Source: Coriobacteriia bacterium | GTDB lineage: Bacteria > Actinomycetota > Coriobacteriia > Coriobacteriales > RUG033 | Assembly (NCBI GenBank): GCA_015655215.1 | Contig: JAATFL010000012.1 | Coordinates: 140,922 to 204,921, forward strand | Direction: 5' to 3' | Length of the DNA stretch: 64,000 nt | Shown: piece after piece, positions 1 through 9,418 of the stretch | Numbering within the stretch: position 1 is the first letter of the stretch | Layout of the letters: every line of letters starts with the position of its first letter | Made by a program: the position numbers and the translations under genes | The notes under the pieces: model-generated | Told to the model about the DNA's origin: nothing | Seen by the model: the letters and a program-made list of their open reading frames with translations, nothing else | Databases searched by the model: none

Positions 1-784
1 CCGCGAACGCCTCGGCGAGGACGGTGCGGCCCGGGCACCCATCGTGCGCATGGACGCCGACTCGGTGCGCGCCGTCGGGAAGGGTGGCCATGCCCGCTTG
101 CTCGACGAGTTCATCGCCGCTCCGCGCGGGGTCCTTCTCGGCACGCAGATGATCGCCAAGGGGCTTGACTTCCCCGACGTGACGCTCGCGGCGGTGCTGA
201 ACGCGGACACGGCGCTCAACCTGCCTGACTTCCGCAGCGGCGAGCGCACGTTCCAGCTCATCGAGCAGGTGGCCGGACGTGCCGGACGCGCCGACAGGCC
301 CGGTCGCGTCATCGTGCAGACCTACTGGCCGACGCATCCCGCCATCCGCGCGGGGGCGGCACACGACCGTGACATCCTGCTCGCCGCCGACCTACCGGAG
401 CGCGAGCTTCTGGGCTATCCGCCCTATCGTCGTCTCGCGAACGTGCTGCTCTGGGGGAGCGACGGGGCCGTCGTGGCACGTGCGGCCCAAAAGCTCGCCT
501 CTCACGTACGCGAACTCGTGTTGCACGGGTCCGTCGATGCCTCGCACCGTACGCTCGACTTCGGGTGCGACGCGGGGTCACCTGACGCTGATGACACCTG
601 GCAGGTGCTGGGGCCAAGCCCCTGCGTCATCGAGCGGCGCAAGGGGCTCTGGCGCTGGCACATCCTCGTGAAGGCCCCCCTCGGCGCGGACCTTCCCGGC
701 TTGGTCGGGCGGGCCATGCGTCTACGCAAGCCGATGGAAGGTGTTTCCATGGCCGTCGACACCGATCCGGTCAATCTGTTTTAG
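1..784 (+). CDS. priA: primosomal protein N' (PriA), C-terminal part; 5' end lies outside the window
   Basis: The reading frame (codons starting at positions 2, 5, ...) is open from the window edge. The translation LLGTQMIAKGLDFPDVTLAAVLNADTALNLPDFRSGERTFQLIEQVAGRAGR matches the PriA helicase C-terminal region. It is followed by def-fmt, the classical arrangement. Confidence 0.9.
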   Translation, partial: RERLGEDGAARAPIVRMDADSVRAVGKGGHARLLDEFIAAPRGVLLGTQMIAKGLDFPDVTLAAVLNADTALNLPDFRSGERTFQLIEQVAGRAGRADRPGRVIVQTYWPTHPAIRAGAAHDRDILLAADLPERELLGYPPYRRLANVLLWGSDGAVVARAAQKLASHVRELVLHGSVDASHRTLDFGCDAGSPDADDTWQVLGPSPCVIERRKGLWRWHILVKAPLGADLPGLVGRAMRLRKPMEGVSMAVDTDPVNLF

Positions 785-893
785 AATGGCGTATGCCCCG
801 TCGCGACGGGCGCCCCTCCGTATACTGGGGGCACGCCGTCGCCTCGACGCATGGAAGGTTCTTCTCAGAGAGCGTCAGCTAGGAGTGAGTACC

Positions 894-1433
894 ATGAAGA
901 TCATCCTGTCACCCGATCCGCTGCTGCGGGAGGTGTGCGCCCCCATCGATCCCGATGATGCGTCGGTCGAGCACCTCGCGCGGCAGATGGTCTCGTTGAT
1001 GTACAAGAACAACGGCGTCGGTCTCGCCGGTCCGCAGGTCGGCGTGCTCAAGCGCATCGTGGTCATCGACGTGGCCCCGGATGACGAGGACGGCGCGCGC
1101 ACGCACGCACAGGTGCTGATAAACCCGCACATCACCTGGCATTCCGACGAGACGGCCGTGGTGTCGGAGGCATGCCTATCCATCCCCGGCTGCTCGTTCG
1201 ATGTGAGACGGTACGTCTCCGTATCCGCCGAATGCACCAACGAGCGTGGCGAGAAGGTCGTGTACGAGAAGGCCGAGGGGTTGCTCGCCCACTGCCTGCA
1301 GCACGAGTTCGACCACCTCGAAGGCAAGACCATCTTCGAGAACCTCGATCCCATCTCCCGCATCGATGCCCTTCGCGTCTATCGGGAAGCCCTCGCCCGG
1401 GGTGCGAAGCCCGGCGACGTGGGCGACGGTTAG
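894..1433 (+). CDS. def: peptide deformylase
   Basis: ATG at 894 with AGGAG at 881-885. GVGLAGPQVG, EACLSIPG and HEFDHLEG deformylase motifs are present. The upstream part of ORF 741..1433 lacks an RBS and any similarity. Confidence 0.95.
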   Translation: MKIILSPDPLLREVCAPIDPDDASVEHLARQMVSLMYKNNGVGLAGPQVGVLKRIVVIDVAPDDEDGARTHAQVLINPHITWHSDETAVVSEACLSIPGCSFDVRRYVSVSAECTNERGEKVVYEKAEGLLAHCLQHEFDHLEGKTIFENLDPISRIDALRVYREALARGAKPGDVGDG

Positions 1434-1534
1434 GTCTTGGACGGGTCTGGCCGTCCTCGTGGGAACCGCCGGTCTGATGGGCGGGGCATGCGGTTCATGG
1501 TACGCGGTGGGTTCGCGTTGTTGGGAGGTGGGTT

Positions 1535-2569
1535 ATGAAGGTCATATTCATGGGGACACCCGATTTCGCGATTCCCTCGCTACGTGCCGTCGCCGCACAT
1601 CATGACGTCGTCGAGGTGTACACCCGACCCGACGCCGTGTCCAAGCGCGGCTCGCAGCAGGTTCCCTCGGCGGTGGCCGAGGCCGCGGCGTCGCTCGGGC
1701 TACCCATCGTCAAGGTCAACTCCCTTGATGGCCCGGCGATCCAGGAGCGTATCGAGCGGCAGTCTCCCGACATCGTCATCGTCGCCGGCTTGGGGATCCT
1801 CGTGCCCCCAGCGCTCCTGGACGTTCCGCGCCAGGGGTTCATCAACGTCCATGCCTCGGCACTGCCCAAGTGGCGTGGTGCGGCTCCCATCCAACGAGCC
1901 ATCCTCGCGGGTGATGACACGCTCGGCGTCTCCATCATGCGCATCGAGAAGGGGCTCGATACCGGCGGCTACTGCCTGATGGGCTTCGCCGCCTCGGGGC
2001 ATAAGAACTTCCAGCAGCTTCTCGACGAGCTCTCCGCCCTGGGCGGTCGCATCCTGATCGAGGCCCTCGACCGCATCGCCACCGGCACCGTGCAATGGGT
2101 GCGACAGGACGAGGGGGAGGCCACCTATGCGGAGAAGATCAGGAAAGGCGAGCTGTATCTCTTCCCGGACATCAGTGCCCTCGTGGCCGATCGTCGCGTG
2201 CGCGCGAGCTCGCACCAGGCTCCCTCTCGGATAGTCCTGGGCGGTCATCCGCTCACGGTGGTCTCGGCTCAGCGTCCGGGCACCGATCTGGACGGGGACG
2301 GGATGGCCGACGTGGACGAGGTCGACACGGTCGCCGGAGGCCTCAACTCCGACGAGACGGCGGCGGTCGCCGCCTCGACATGCTCGGCCCCGAGCATAGT
2401 CTCCGGGGAGGTGTCCGTGTGCGGGCATCGACTCTTCCTTGGATTCTCCGATGGCGCGCTCGAGGTGCTCACCCTCAGACCCGACGGCAAGCGCACCATG
2501 GACGTGTGCTCGTGGCTTGCCGGTCACAAGGACAACACGCCCCTCACCTGGGAAGGAATCATATCTTGA
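1535..2569 (+). CDS. fmt: methionyl-tRNA formyltransferase
   Basis: MKVIFMGTPDFAIPSL N-terminus and HASALPKWRGAAPIQRAI motif, with a GGGAGG RBS. The C-terminal domain carries an acidic insertion (DLDGDGMADVDEVD...). Confidence 0.95.
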   Translation: MKVIFMGTPDFAIPSLRAVAAHHDVVEVYTRPDAVSKRGSQQVPSAVAEAAASLGLPIVKVNSLDGPAIQERIERQSPDIVIVAGLGILVPPALLDVPRQGFINVHASALPKWRGAAPIQRAILAGDDTLGVSIMRIEKGLDTGGYCLMGFAASGHKNFQQLLDELSALGGRILIEALDRIATGTVQWVRQDEGEATYAEKIRKGELYLFPDISALVADRRVRASSHQAPSRIVLGGHPLTVVSAQRPGTDLDGDGMADVDEVDTVAGGLNSDETAAVAASTCSAPSIVSGEVSVCGHRLFLGFSDGALEVLTLRPDGKRTMDVCSWLAGHKDNTPLTWEGIIS

Positions 2570-4125
2570 AAGACCCTAACGGTCGCACGCCGACCAACCG
2601 CCCCGGCGACTCCCCCCCGTCGTCGAACCCCCGGCGCCCCGATCGCCGTGGTTCCCAGCGCTCGCGTAAGGCGCGCGGTGCCGAGATGGGTGCCCGTGAC
2701 CTGCGTGACGTCTCTGGCGGGAAGGCATCGTCACGGGCCTCGCAGGCTCGACTGCTCGCACTCGAGGTGATGGGGGAGGTGCGCAACCGCAACGCGTTCG
2801 TGCGCAACGTCATCGAATCGGTGACGGTCCATTCGGACGCCTCGTCGGAGGACAAGGCGTTTGCGCGTCTCCTCTCCTACGGGGTCATCTCCACGCAAGG
2901 CGTGCTCGACGACGCCCTCGACGCGCTCCTCACGCGTCCCGCCGACGTGCAGCCGGGTGTGCGCGACGCGCTGCGCATCTCCGCCTACGAGATACTCTTC
3001 CTCGACAAGTCACCCTACGCAGCGGTCGATCAGGGCGTCGAGCTTGTGCGTGTCATCGAGCCTCGGGCGGCGGGGATGGCGAACGCCGTCCTTCGCAAGC
3101 TCGTCCTGCGTGCCGAGTCGTTCCCCTGGGGCGACCCCGAGGTCGACACCGCTGCGCTCGCCCGTCAGTACGGGTTCCCCACCTGGTTGGCGACTCGCAT
3201 CATCGCCGACCGGGGTCGTGAGGAGGCCGTCGCACTCATGGAGGTCGCCCAGGGCGTGGCCCCGGTGTACGTCGGCGTCAACCCGTACCTCGCCACCGAC
3301 GACCAGGTTGTCACCTCGTTTACGGCGGTAGGGCTCGACCCCGCTCCGTTCGGGGTCCCCGGTTGCTATCTGATGGACGATCCCGTGCGTGCCGTGTCGT
3401 CCTCCGAGCTCGCCGAGCACCGCGTGCTCGTGTCGGATGCTGCGGCGCAGCTTGTCGCCTGGCTCGCCACGCCGCTGCCGGGCGAGGCCTTCCTCGAGGT
3501 GGGAAGCGGCCGTGGAACCAAGACCATCTTGCTGCAGGGCGACGCCCTGCGCGCCTCGGGCGGTGCGGTGGGGGAGACGGGTGCTGCGATCCCCAGCCCA
3601 CCTTTGCTCTACGCCATCGACGACCGTGCGTTCAAGGCCCAGGTCCTTGCGGACCGCCTCAAGGCCTTCGCCGTACCCGGTGTCACGCCCGTGACCGGGG
3701 ACGCCACCAAGCTCAAGCAGGTGGAGGGACTTCCTCGGCGCTTCTCGGGCATCCTCGTCGACGCACCTTGCTCCGGTCTCGGGACGCTTCGCCGCCACCC
3801 TGAGGAGCGGTGGCGTATCACCCCGGAGGGCATCGCGCACCTCTCGTCTCTGCAGGGGCGCCTGCTGCAGGCCGCGAGCCATGCCTGCGAGATCGGCGGG
3901 TTCATCGTCTACGCCACGTGCACGGTGCTGCGACAGGAGGACGAGGACGTCATCGAGCGCTTCCTTACCACCGAGCCTGGTGCCGGGTTCGAGGTCGAGG
4001 ATGTCTCGAGCCTGCTTCCCGCGGACTTTGCCGGCCAGGTGACGCCGGAGGGGTATCTTCGCACCCGCACCTACCCTGGCGGACCCGACGCGCACTTCGC
4101 AGTGAAGCTCGTGCGGGTCAGCTAG
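2566..4125 (+). CDS. rsmB: 16S rRNA (cytosine967-C5)-methyltransferase RsmB/Sun
   Basis: NusB-like N-domain (ARLLALEVMGEVRNRNAF...) plus the SAM-MTase core FSGILVDAPCSGLGTLRRHPE and ATCT motif. The start is uncertain. An in-frame TTG at 2566 overlaps the fmt stop (TTGA) and follows GGAAGGA; ATG at 2686 is the alternative. Confidence 0.85.
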   Translation: MKDPNGRTPTNRPGDSPPSSNPRRPDRRGSQRSRKARGAEMGARDLRDVSGGKASSRASQARLLALEVMGEVRNRNAFVRNVIESVTVHSDASSEDKAFARLLSYGVISTQGVLDDALDALLTRPADVQPGVRDALRISAYEILFLDKSPYAAVDQGVELVRVIEPRAAGMANAVLRKLVLRAESFPWGDPEVDTAALARQYGFPTWLATRIIADRGREEAVALMEVAQGVAPVYVGVNPYLATDDQVVTSFTAVGLDPAPFGVPGCYLMDDPVRAVSSSELAEHRVLVSDAAAQLVAWLATPLPGEAFLEVGSGRGTKTILLQGDALRASGGAVGETGAAIPSPPLLYAIDDRAFKAQVLADRLKAFAVPGVTPVTGDATKLKQVEGLPRRFSGILVDAPCSGLGTLRRHPEERWRITPEGIAHLSSLQGRLLQAASHACEIGGFIVYATCTVLRQEDEDVIERFLTTEPGAGFEVEDVSSLLPADFAGQVTPEGYLRTRTYPGGPDAHFAVKLVRVS

Positions 4126-4283
4126 GTCATTCGGGGTCAAACCCGTATACTGACGGACTGGTCCCAAGCCGTGTCTCGTCGCTTCTCGCGTGTCCGGCTG
4201 TCGAAGACGCGTGCCCATACGCGCCGAGCGCCACCATCCATCGATGACCGGCACCGAGCCGGCATCGTCGTCAAGGAGGAAGC

Positions 4284-5252
4284 ATGCAGGCAAACCGCAT
4301 CATGGAGATCGTCAACGTCGCCGAACTCGCAGCCATCGATGCTGCCGTGTGGAACGGCAAGGGTGACAAGGTCTCCGCCGACCAAGCCGCCACGTCCGCC
4401 ATGCGCAAGGCGTTCAACGAGATGAGCTTCTCGGGACGCATCGTCATCGGAGAGGGCGAACGTGACAAGGCCCCGATGCTCTTCATCGGAGAGGAGCTCG
4501 GCCGCGGCGGCGAGGAGATCGACATCGCCGTCGACCCGCTCGAGGGTACCAACCTGTGCGCCTACAACCAGGCCAACGCCCTCACCACCATCGCCGTCGC
4601 ACCGCGCGGTGCGCTGCTGTTCGCCCCCGATACCTACATGCGGAAGATCGCCGCCGGCCCGGCGTGCGTGGGCAAGGTGCACGTCGACAAGACCCCGGCC
4701 GAGAACATCGCGGCCGTCGCCGAGGCCCTCGGCAAGCCCGTCTCCGAAGTCAACGTCTGCATCCTCGAGCGTGACCGTCATGCCGACCTCATCAAGGCCG
4801 TGCGCGAGGCCGGCGCCCGCATACGCCTCATCGGCGACGGAGATGTCTTTGGCGCCATCGCCACCGCGGTCCCCGGCACCGGCATCGACCTGTACATGGG
4901 CACCGGCGGGGCACCCGAGGGCGTCTTGGCCTGCACGGGCCTCAAGGCTATCGGTGGCGTCTTCATGGGTCGTTTCGACTTCGGCGTCGACGAGGAGGGT
5001 GTGGAGAAGCGCGTGCGTGCCGAGAAGACCGCCGGCGTCAACCTTGACGGCGTGCTCACGATGGACATGCTCGTGCGCAGTGACGACGCCGCCTTCGTGG
5101 CCTGCGGCGTCACCGATGGCGAGATGGTCTCGGGTGTCTCCCACGAGGGGGGTTCCATCACCACCGAGTCCGTCGTGATGAACTCGGCCGACCACACGGT
5201 CCGCTTCATCAAGACCTGCCGCACCAACGGCGACGGTGCGGTGCGCTTCTGA
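4284..5252 (+). CDS. glpX: fructose-1,6-bisphosphatase class II (GlpX)
   Basis: AAGGAGG RBS. The N-terminal ATSAMRKAFN...GRIVIGEGERDKAPML and DPLEGTN motifs are typical of GlpX. Confidence 0.9.
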   Translation: MQANRIMEIVNVAELAAIDAAVWNGKGDKVSADQAATSAMRKAFNEMSFSGRIVIGEGERDKAPMLFIGEELGRGGEEIDIAVDPLEGTNLCAYNQANALTTIAVAPRGALLFAPDTYMRKIAAGPACVGKVHVDKTPAENIAAVAEALGKPVSEVNVCILERDRHADLIKAVREAGARIRLIGDGDVFGAIATAVPGTGIDLYMGTGGAPEGVLACTGLKAIGGVFMGRFDFGVDEEGVEKRVRAEKTAGVNLDGVLTMDMLVRSDDAAFVACGVTDGEMVSGVSHEGGSITTESVVMNSADHTVRFIKTCRTNGDGAVRF

Positions 5253-5340
5253 CGGCCACATCGCCCACCGCATCGAGACCATCGTTCAGGACATCGTCCT
5301 CGGTGGCGCCACGGGTCTCTCGGCTGGTATGACCTTACAC

Positions 5341-5382
5341 GAATCGGGCTCGACGGGAATCGATCCCCGTCGAGCCCGATTC
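5341..5382. terminator. 17-bp perfect hairpin between convergent glpX and plsY (putative bidirectional terminator)
   Basis: GAATCGGGCTCGACGGG (5341-5357) pairs perfectly with CCCGTCGAGCCCGATTC (5366-5382) around an 8-nt loop. There is no U-tract on either strand. Confidence 0.5.
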
Positions 5383-5406
5383 CCTTAGGTACGCTTGCCA
5401 GGGCAC

Positions 5407-6030
5407 CTACCTCCCATGGCCCTTGAACATGTGCACTCGCGGGGTCGTGTGCGCGCGAATCCCCAGGAGCGCTGACGTATGCTCGTAGAACATCACCACG
5501 GTGAGGAGCAGCGCGGTGGCGACGACCTCGCCGCCTGCCCCAACGATGAGCATGAGCGCGACGAAGCAGCACGTGATCGTCACGGCTCCGACGCAGGCAT
5601 AGGCGCTCACCAACTCGGCCGCGAGGCCGATGGCACAGGCGAGAAGACCCCAACCGGGGGAGAAGGCGAAGATGGCGGTGCAGGTCACGGTCACGCCCTT
5701 GCCACCCTTGAAGCGGTGCCAGAAGGGGAAGTTGTGCCCAAGCACGGCCCCGGTTCCGGCATAGAGGATCGCAAGCGGGCCGAGGCTGGGGAAGGAGAGC
5801 GCGCAGATGAGGCAGGCGGCGGCGGTCTTGGCCATGTCACCGGCGAGGGTGATGGCCGCCCATCGCCTCCCAAGCATCTCCTGGATATTGGCCATGCCGG
5901 GGTTCTTGGTGCCGATCAGGAAGGCCGAGGTGCCGGTCACGTGGCGGGAGACCACGTCGGCGGTGAGGATACAGCCAAGAAGATAGCCGATGAGGAGGCA
6001 GAGCAACCGCAGTGAGACGTCCTGCTGCAT
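5407..6030 (-). CDS. plsY: glycerol-3-phosphate acyltransferase PlsY
   Basis: GAGGAGG RBS. GTKNPGMANI and HNFPFWHRFKGGKGV motifs in a multi-TM hydrophobic protein. Confidence 0.9.
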   Translation of the reverse strand: MQQDVSLRLLCLLIGYLLGCILTADVVSRHVTGTSAFLIGTKNPGMANIQEMLGRRWAAITLAGDMAKTAAACLICALSFPSLGPLAILYAGTGAVLGHNFPFWHRFKGGKGVTVTCTAIFAFSPGWGLLACAIGLAAELVSAYACVGAVTITCCFVALMLIVGAGGEVVATALLLTVVMFYEHTSALLGIRAHTTPRVHMFKGHGR

Positions 6031-6284
6031 ACGATCCTCCTCGCGGTGATACGGGCAGCGCCCTCATCCGTCGTCTGTGCTCGACCCATGTGCCCGTAGT
6101 ATAGCCCCGTCCTCGATGCCGATGGCCATCGATCGGGGAAACGGCGCATGCCCTTCCCGTATGATGGGTCGTGACCAGCGAGCCTCTTCGCGTGCGGAGT
6201 CTACAATGGTCGGTGTCGACATCCGTCCGGGATGTCGAGGACGTTCGCCCAGGGTACCTTCGAGGATCGAGAGGGATGGTCAAC

Positions 6285-6662
6285 ATGGCAGAGGCAATTC
6301 ATACCGATGCGGCTCCGGCGGCGGTCGGTCCGTACTCGCAGGCGATGGTCGAGGACCATCTCGTGTTCACCTCGGGGGTCATCGCGATCAACCCGGCCAC
6401 CGACGAGCTCATCGGTGACATCGCACAGCAGGCCGAGCGTGCCTTCACCAACCTGGCAGCCGTGCTCGAAGCGGCGGGTTCGGGGATGGACAAGGTGCTC
6501 AAGACCACCGTCTACATCACCAACATGGGCGAGTTCGGCACGGTCAACTCCATCTACGCGAAGCACTTCACGCAGCCGTTCCCCGCGCGGACGTGCGTCG
6601 AGGTGAGTTCGCTGCCGAAGAGTGCGCTCCTCGAGGTCGAGGCCGTGGCGGTACGTGCCTGA
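6285..6662 (+). CDS. ridA: RidA/YjgF-family reactive intermediate deaminase
   Basis: ATG at 6285 after GAGGGA. PAAVGPYSQA, the ARTCVEVSSLP...LEVEAVA C-terminus and a length of 125 aa are typical. ATG at 6276 is an alternative start. Confidence 0.85.
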   Translation: MAEAIHTDAAPAAVGPYSQAMVEDHLVFTSGVIAINPATDELIGDIAQQAERAFTNLAAVLEAAGSGMDKVLKTTVYITNMGEFGTVNSIYAKHFTQPFPARTCVEVSSLPKSALLEVEAVAVRA

Positions 6663-6677
6663 ACACGCCGGGACGCG

Positions 6678-7013
6678 TCAGTTCGCGGCGGGGCAAGCTT
6701 GACATGCGCCCGTGGCGACAGGGCAGTTCGGAGCCTTCGATGCCGCGGTGCCCGTGTCGGCATTGGCGGTGGCGTCAGGGTGCTTGGCCTCGTCGGCGGA
6801 CTTGTCCATCTTCGCCTCCTTCGTGCGTTCCCCGTCACCCTTGTAGTCGGTGTTGAAGAAGCCGCTTCCCTTGAGGATCATGCCCGAAGGGGTGTAGACG
6901 CGTACGGCGTCCGTCCCGCACTCGGGGCAGTGGATGACGGATTTATCGCGCATACCGCGTTCGAAGTCGAACACGGTATCGCATGAGGGGCAGCGGTACT
7001 CGTAGACAGGCAT
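6678..7013 (-). CDS. FmdB-family zinc-ribbon protein
   Basis: MPVYEYRCPSCDTVFDFE...CPECG is the FmdB/CxxC_CxxC_SSSS signature. The tail contains Cys residues (CPVATGACQACP). GAAGGAA RBS. Confidence 0.8.
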   Translation of the reverse strand: MPVYEYRCPSCDTVFDFERGMRDKSVIHCPECGTDAVRVYTPSGMILKGSGFFNTDYKGDGERTKEAKMDKSADEAKHPDATANADTGTAASKAPNCPVATGACQACPAAN

Positions 7014-7350
7014 GGTTCACGTTCCTTCGTGTCAATGCTGTGCAGATGCAGGGAACATTTTAGGCGGGGCATGCGTCGACGGCGTCGATGGTTACCCACC
7101 CGCCGCCGTTTTGTCCCCCCGACGGCCTGTTTTCGCGGGAGCACGGCCCGTCGGCCGTGCCACGTGGTCGGGTCCATGCGCGAGTTCGCCGCCCGATGGG
7201 AGCGTCCGTGATGTCGGGATGGGTATATCCGCCATCAACGTCATGGCACATACCTTCCGCGCGGGCGATGGCGTAGGATTGAATGGTGGAGATTCGTGTC
7301 CGACGACGCGACGACGTGACGGGGTCTCGCGCGTATCGAGAGGAGCCTTG

Positions 7351-8256
7351 ATGAACGAAGCGGCCCGTGCCTCTCGGGAGGGTGTCGACGAGTCGACATC
7401 GCCCCTCCCCGTGATCCCTCCTCCCGCCGCCAAACCCCACCCGAGCTATCCTTCGCGGTCGAGCGTGCCCAACGCCCTGCCCAGTGCGAGCGCAGGCGTC
7501 GATGACGCCCTCATCCTCCCTGCAGGCCCCTATCGGCTCCTCGTCTCCGGTTCACCGGAACGTGCGAGCGCGCAGCTCGTGGCGCATCTCGCCAAGGGAG
7601 CACGGGAGGTCATCGCCGCGGATGCGGGGGCACAGACATGCCGTGATGCGGGTGTGATCCCCGACGTGGTGGTTGGCGATCTGGACTCTCTCGCATCCGA
7701 GGCCATCGTATGGTGCCGGGATGCCGGAGCGAGGCAGCAGGCCTATCCATGGGAGAAGGACGAGAGCGATCTGGGGCTGGCCTTGCGCATGCTCGGGCAG
7801 ACGTCCCGGATGCAGGATGATCCGACCACGGGTTCTGCCCCTGTCCTCACGCGTGCGGCCCCTGGTGTCGGCACTCCCTTCCTCGTCATCACGTCGGCGC
7901 TGGGAGGCAGGCTCGACCACCTGCTCGCCACGGTGGGCTCGCTCGCCTGCACCTCGCACCTCGCACCCGTCATCGTCGAGGACGGGTGCCTGGCCCTTGT
8001 GCTCGACGCCGAGGTGGGGCGATCGAGCATCGAGCTGTCACATCTGGGATGCGTCGAGAGCGCGACGGTGTCGGTCATCGCCCTCGGCGAGGGAGCCCGC
8101 ATCTGCGCGGAGGGTCTGCGCTGGGAGGGAGATGGTCTTTTCCTGTCGGCACTGAGCGACAGGGGCCTCTCCAACTACATCGTGGACCCCGCACGAGCCC
8201 GCATCGAGGTTCTCTCGGGCACGGTGCTCGTCATCATCCCACGTGGGGTACGCTGA
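7351..8256 (+). CDS. thiN: thiamine pyrophosphokinase with a Pro-rich N-terminal extension
   Basis: VIAADAGA...VVVGDLDS...EKDESDLGLAL matches the TPK catalytic motifs (aaDgGa / GDxDS / KDxTDxxlAl). ATG at 7351 follows GAGGAG. Its position relative to rpmB/yloU/yloV matches B. subtilis thiN. Confidence 0.75.
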   Translation: MNEAARASREGVDESTSPLPVIPPPAAKPHPSYPSRSSVPNALPSASAGVDDALILPAGPYRLLVSGSPERASAQLVAHLAKGAREVIAADAGAQTCRDAGVIPDVVVGDLDSLASEAIVWCRDAGARQQAYPWEKDESDLGLALRMLGQTSRMQDDPTTGSAPVLTRAAPGVGTPFLVITSALGGRLDHLLATVGSLACTSHLAPVIVEDGCLALVLDAEVGRSSIELSHLGCVESATVSVIALGEGARICAEGLRWEGDGLFLSALSDRGLSNYIVDPARARIEVLSGTVLVIIPRGVR

Positions 8257-8386
8257 GCACGCACCCAGGCCTTCAGCCTTATCGCCCGGGGCTTGCATGG
8301 TGTCGGTGCCCTAGCGGGTCCTCGCCTGCGGGGATGGGCAGCCACGAGCCCGCGTACGGGTAGTCCGGGATGTCGTATCGAAAGGG

Positions 8387-9280
8387 ATGGGTGACGTGGT
8401 GGATTCCAAACTCCTCGAAGGTGACTGGGCGGCCGAATGGCAGGACATAGAGCGCGAGCACGAAGGTGCGGACTATATCCGTCGCAACCCTGAATTCTGG
8501 AATCGCATGGCCGCGTCGCCCAGGGATTCCGGCGAGGGCGACCGCTTCATCGAGCGTTTCATCGAGAAGCTCGACCTTCGCCCCGACGAGTCGGCCCTCG
8601 ACATGGGGTGCGGCACCGGCTCGCTCGCGATCCCGCTCGCGAAGACGGGACGGAAGGTCATCGCCGCCGACTTCGCGCCGCGGATGGTCGAGGCCGTGCA
8701 ACGGCAGGCCGCGGACCGGAACCTCTCCACCATCTTTCCGCTCGTGTTGAGCTGGGACGATGACTGGGCCGCGCGCGGCCTTGCCGAGAAGTCCGTCGAC
8801 GTGGCCATCGCCTGCCGCTCGCTCATCGTCGACGACCTCAAGTCCGCGCTCCTCAAACTCGATGGCGTCGCCCGCAGACGCGTCTGCATCGCTGTCCGGA
8901 CCGATGGGTATCCCCACGTCGATGCCCGCCTGGCCCGTGAGCTCGGCCGCCCCCTGCGCAAGGGGGGCGAGTGGCTCTACTGCGTCCTCATCCTCGTCCA
9001 GGAGGGAATACTCCCGACGGTCTCGTACGTCGAAAGCGCCAAGTCCGACGGCTACGCCTCGTTCGATGAGGCCTATGAGAGGAGCTGCGCCTCGTTCGAT
9101 TCGCTCACGACGGCCGAGCGTCGACGCATCGACGCCTACCTCAAGGAGCATCTCGTCGCCATCAGCGACGGACCTGGCATCCCCATCACGGGTACGGGTC
9201 GCAAGGCCGTCCGTTTCACGCTCGACCATCGGCGCACCATCACCTGGGCGATCATCACCTGGGACGTCGACCGGGGCTAG
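8387..9280 (+). CDS. class I SAM-dependent methyltransferase
   Basis: Motif I LDMGCGTGSLAIPLA followed by VIAADFAPRMV. The start is uncertain because the RBS abuts the ATG; a nearby in-frame GTG is possible. Confidence 0.8.
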   Translation: MGDVVDSKLLEGDWAAEWQDIEREHEGADYIRRNPEFWNRMAASPRDSGEGDRFIERFIEKLDLRPDESALDMGCGTGSLAIPLAKTGRKVIAADFAPRMVEAVQRQAADRNLSTIFPLVLSWDDDWAARGLAEKSVDVAIACRSLIVDDLKSALLKLDGVARRRVCIAVRTDGYPHVDARLARELGRPLRKGGEWLYCVLILVQEGILPTVSYVESAKSDGYASFDEAYERSCASFDSLTTAERRRIDAYLKEHLVAISDGPGIPITGTGRKAVRFTLDHRRTITWAIITWDVDRG

Positions 9281-9328
9281 CCTGTCCACCTTCCGTCATC
9301 CACCCACGATGGGCAGCCCGTGACACGA

Positions 9329-9362
9329 GAGGAGCCCCGTCCGTTATCGGGCGGGGCTCCTC
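9329..9362. terminator. hairpin between the convergent methyltransferase and MarR genes
   Basis: GAGGAGCCCCG (9329-9339) pairs with CGGGGCTCCTC (9352-9362). The stem extends inward (T-G, CCG/CGG) to a TTAT tetraloop, about 16 bp in total. Confidence 0.55.
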
Positions 9363-9418
9363 GGCACCTTCCCGACGGCGTCTGTCTCATCCGTCAGGGC
9401 ATGGTCGGTGAAAGCGTG

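Noticed and set aside
2095-2565. The long 5' extension of the rsmB ORF (676 aa in the track), and the analogous extensions of ORFs 35308 (ppdK), 37566 (dgt-like), 32076 (glyS), 53069 (cdsA) and 45184 (dprA).
   Set aside because: These extensions overlap the upstream genes in another frame and are Arg/Pro/Gly-rich without similarity to the respective families. Internal starts with an RBS or stop-start overlaps reproduce canonical N-termini.
7014-7350. A possible TPP (THI-box) riboswitch in the 337-nt region upstream of thiamine pyrophosphokinase.
   Set aside because: There is no CUGAGA / ACCUGAUCUGGAUAAUGCCAGCG-like element. The region is a divergent promoter region shared with the FmdB-family gene.
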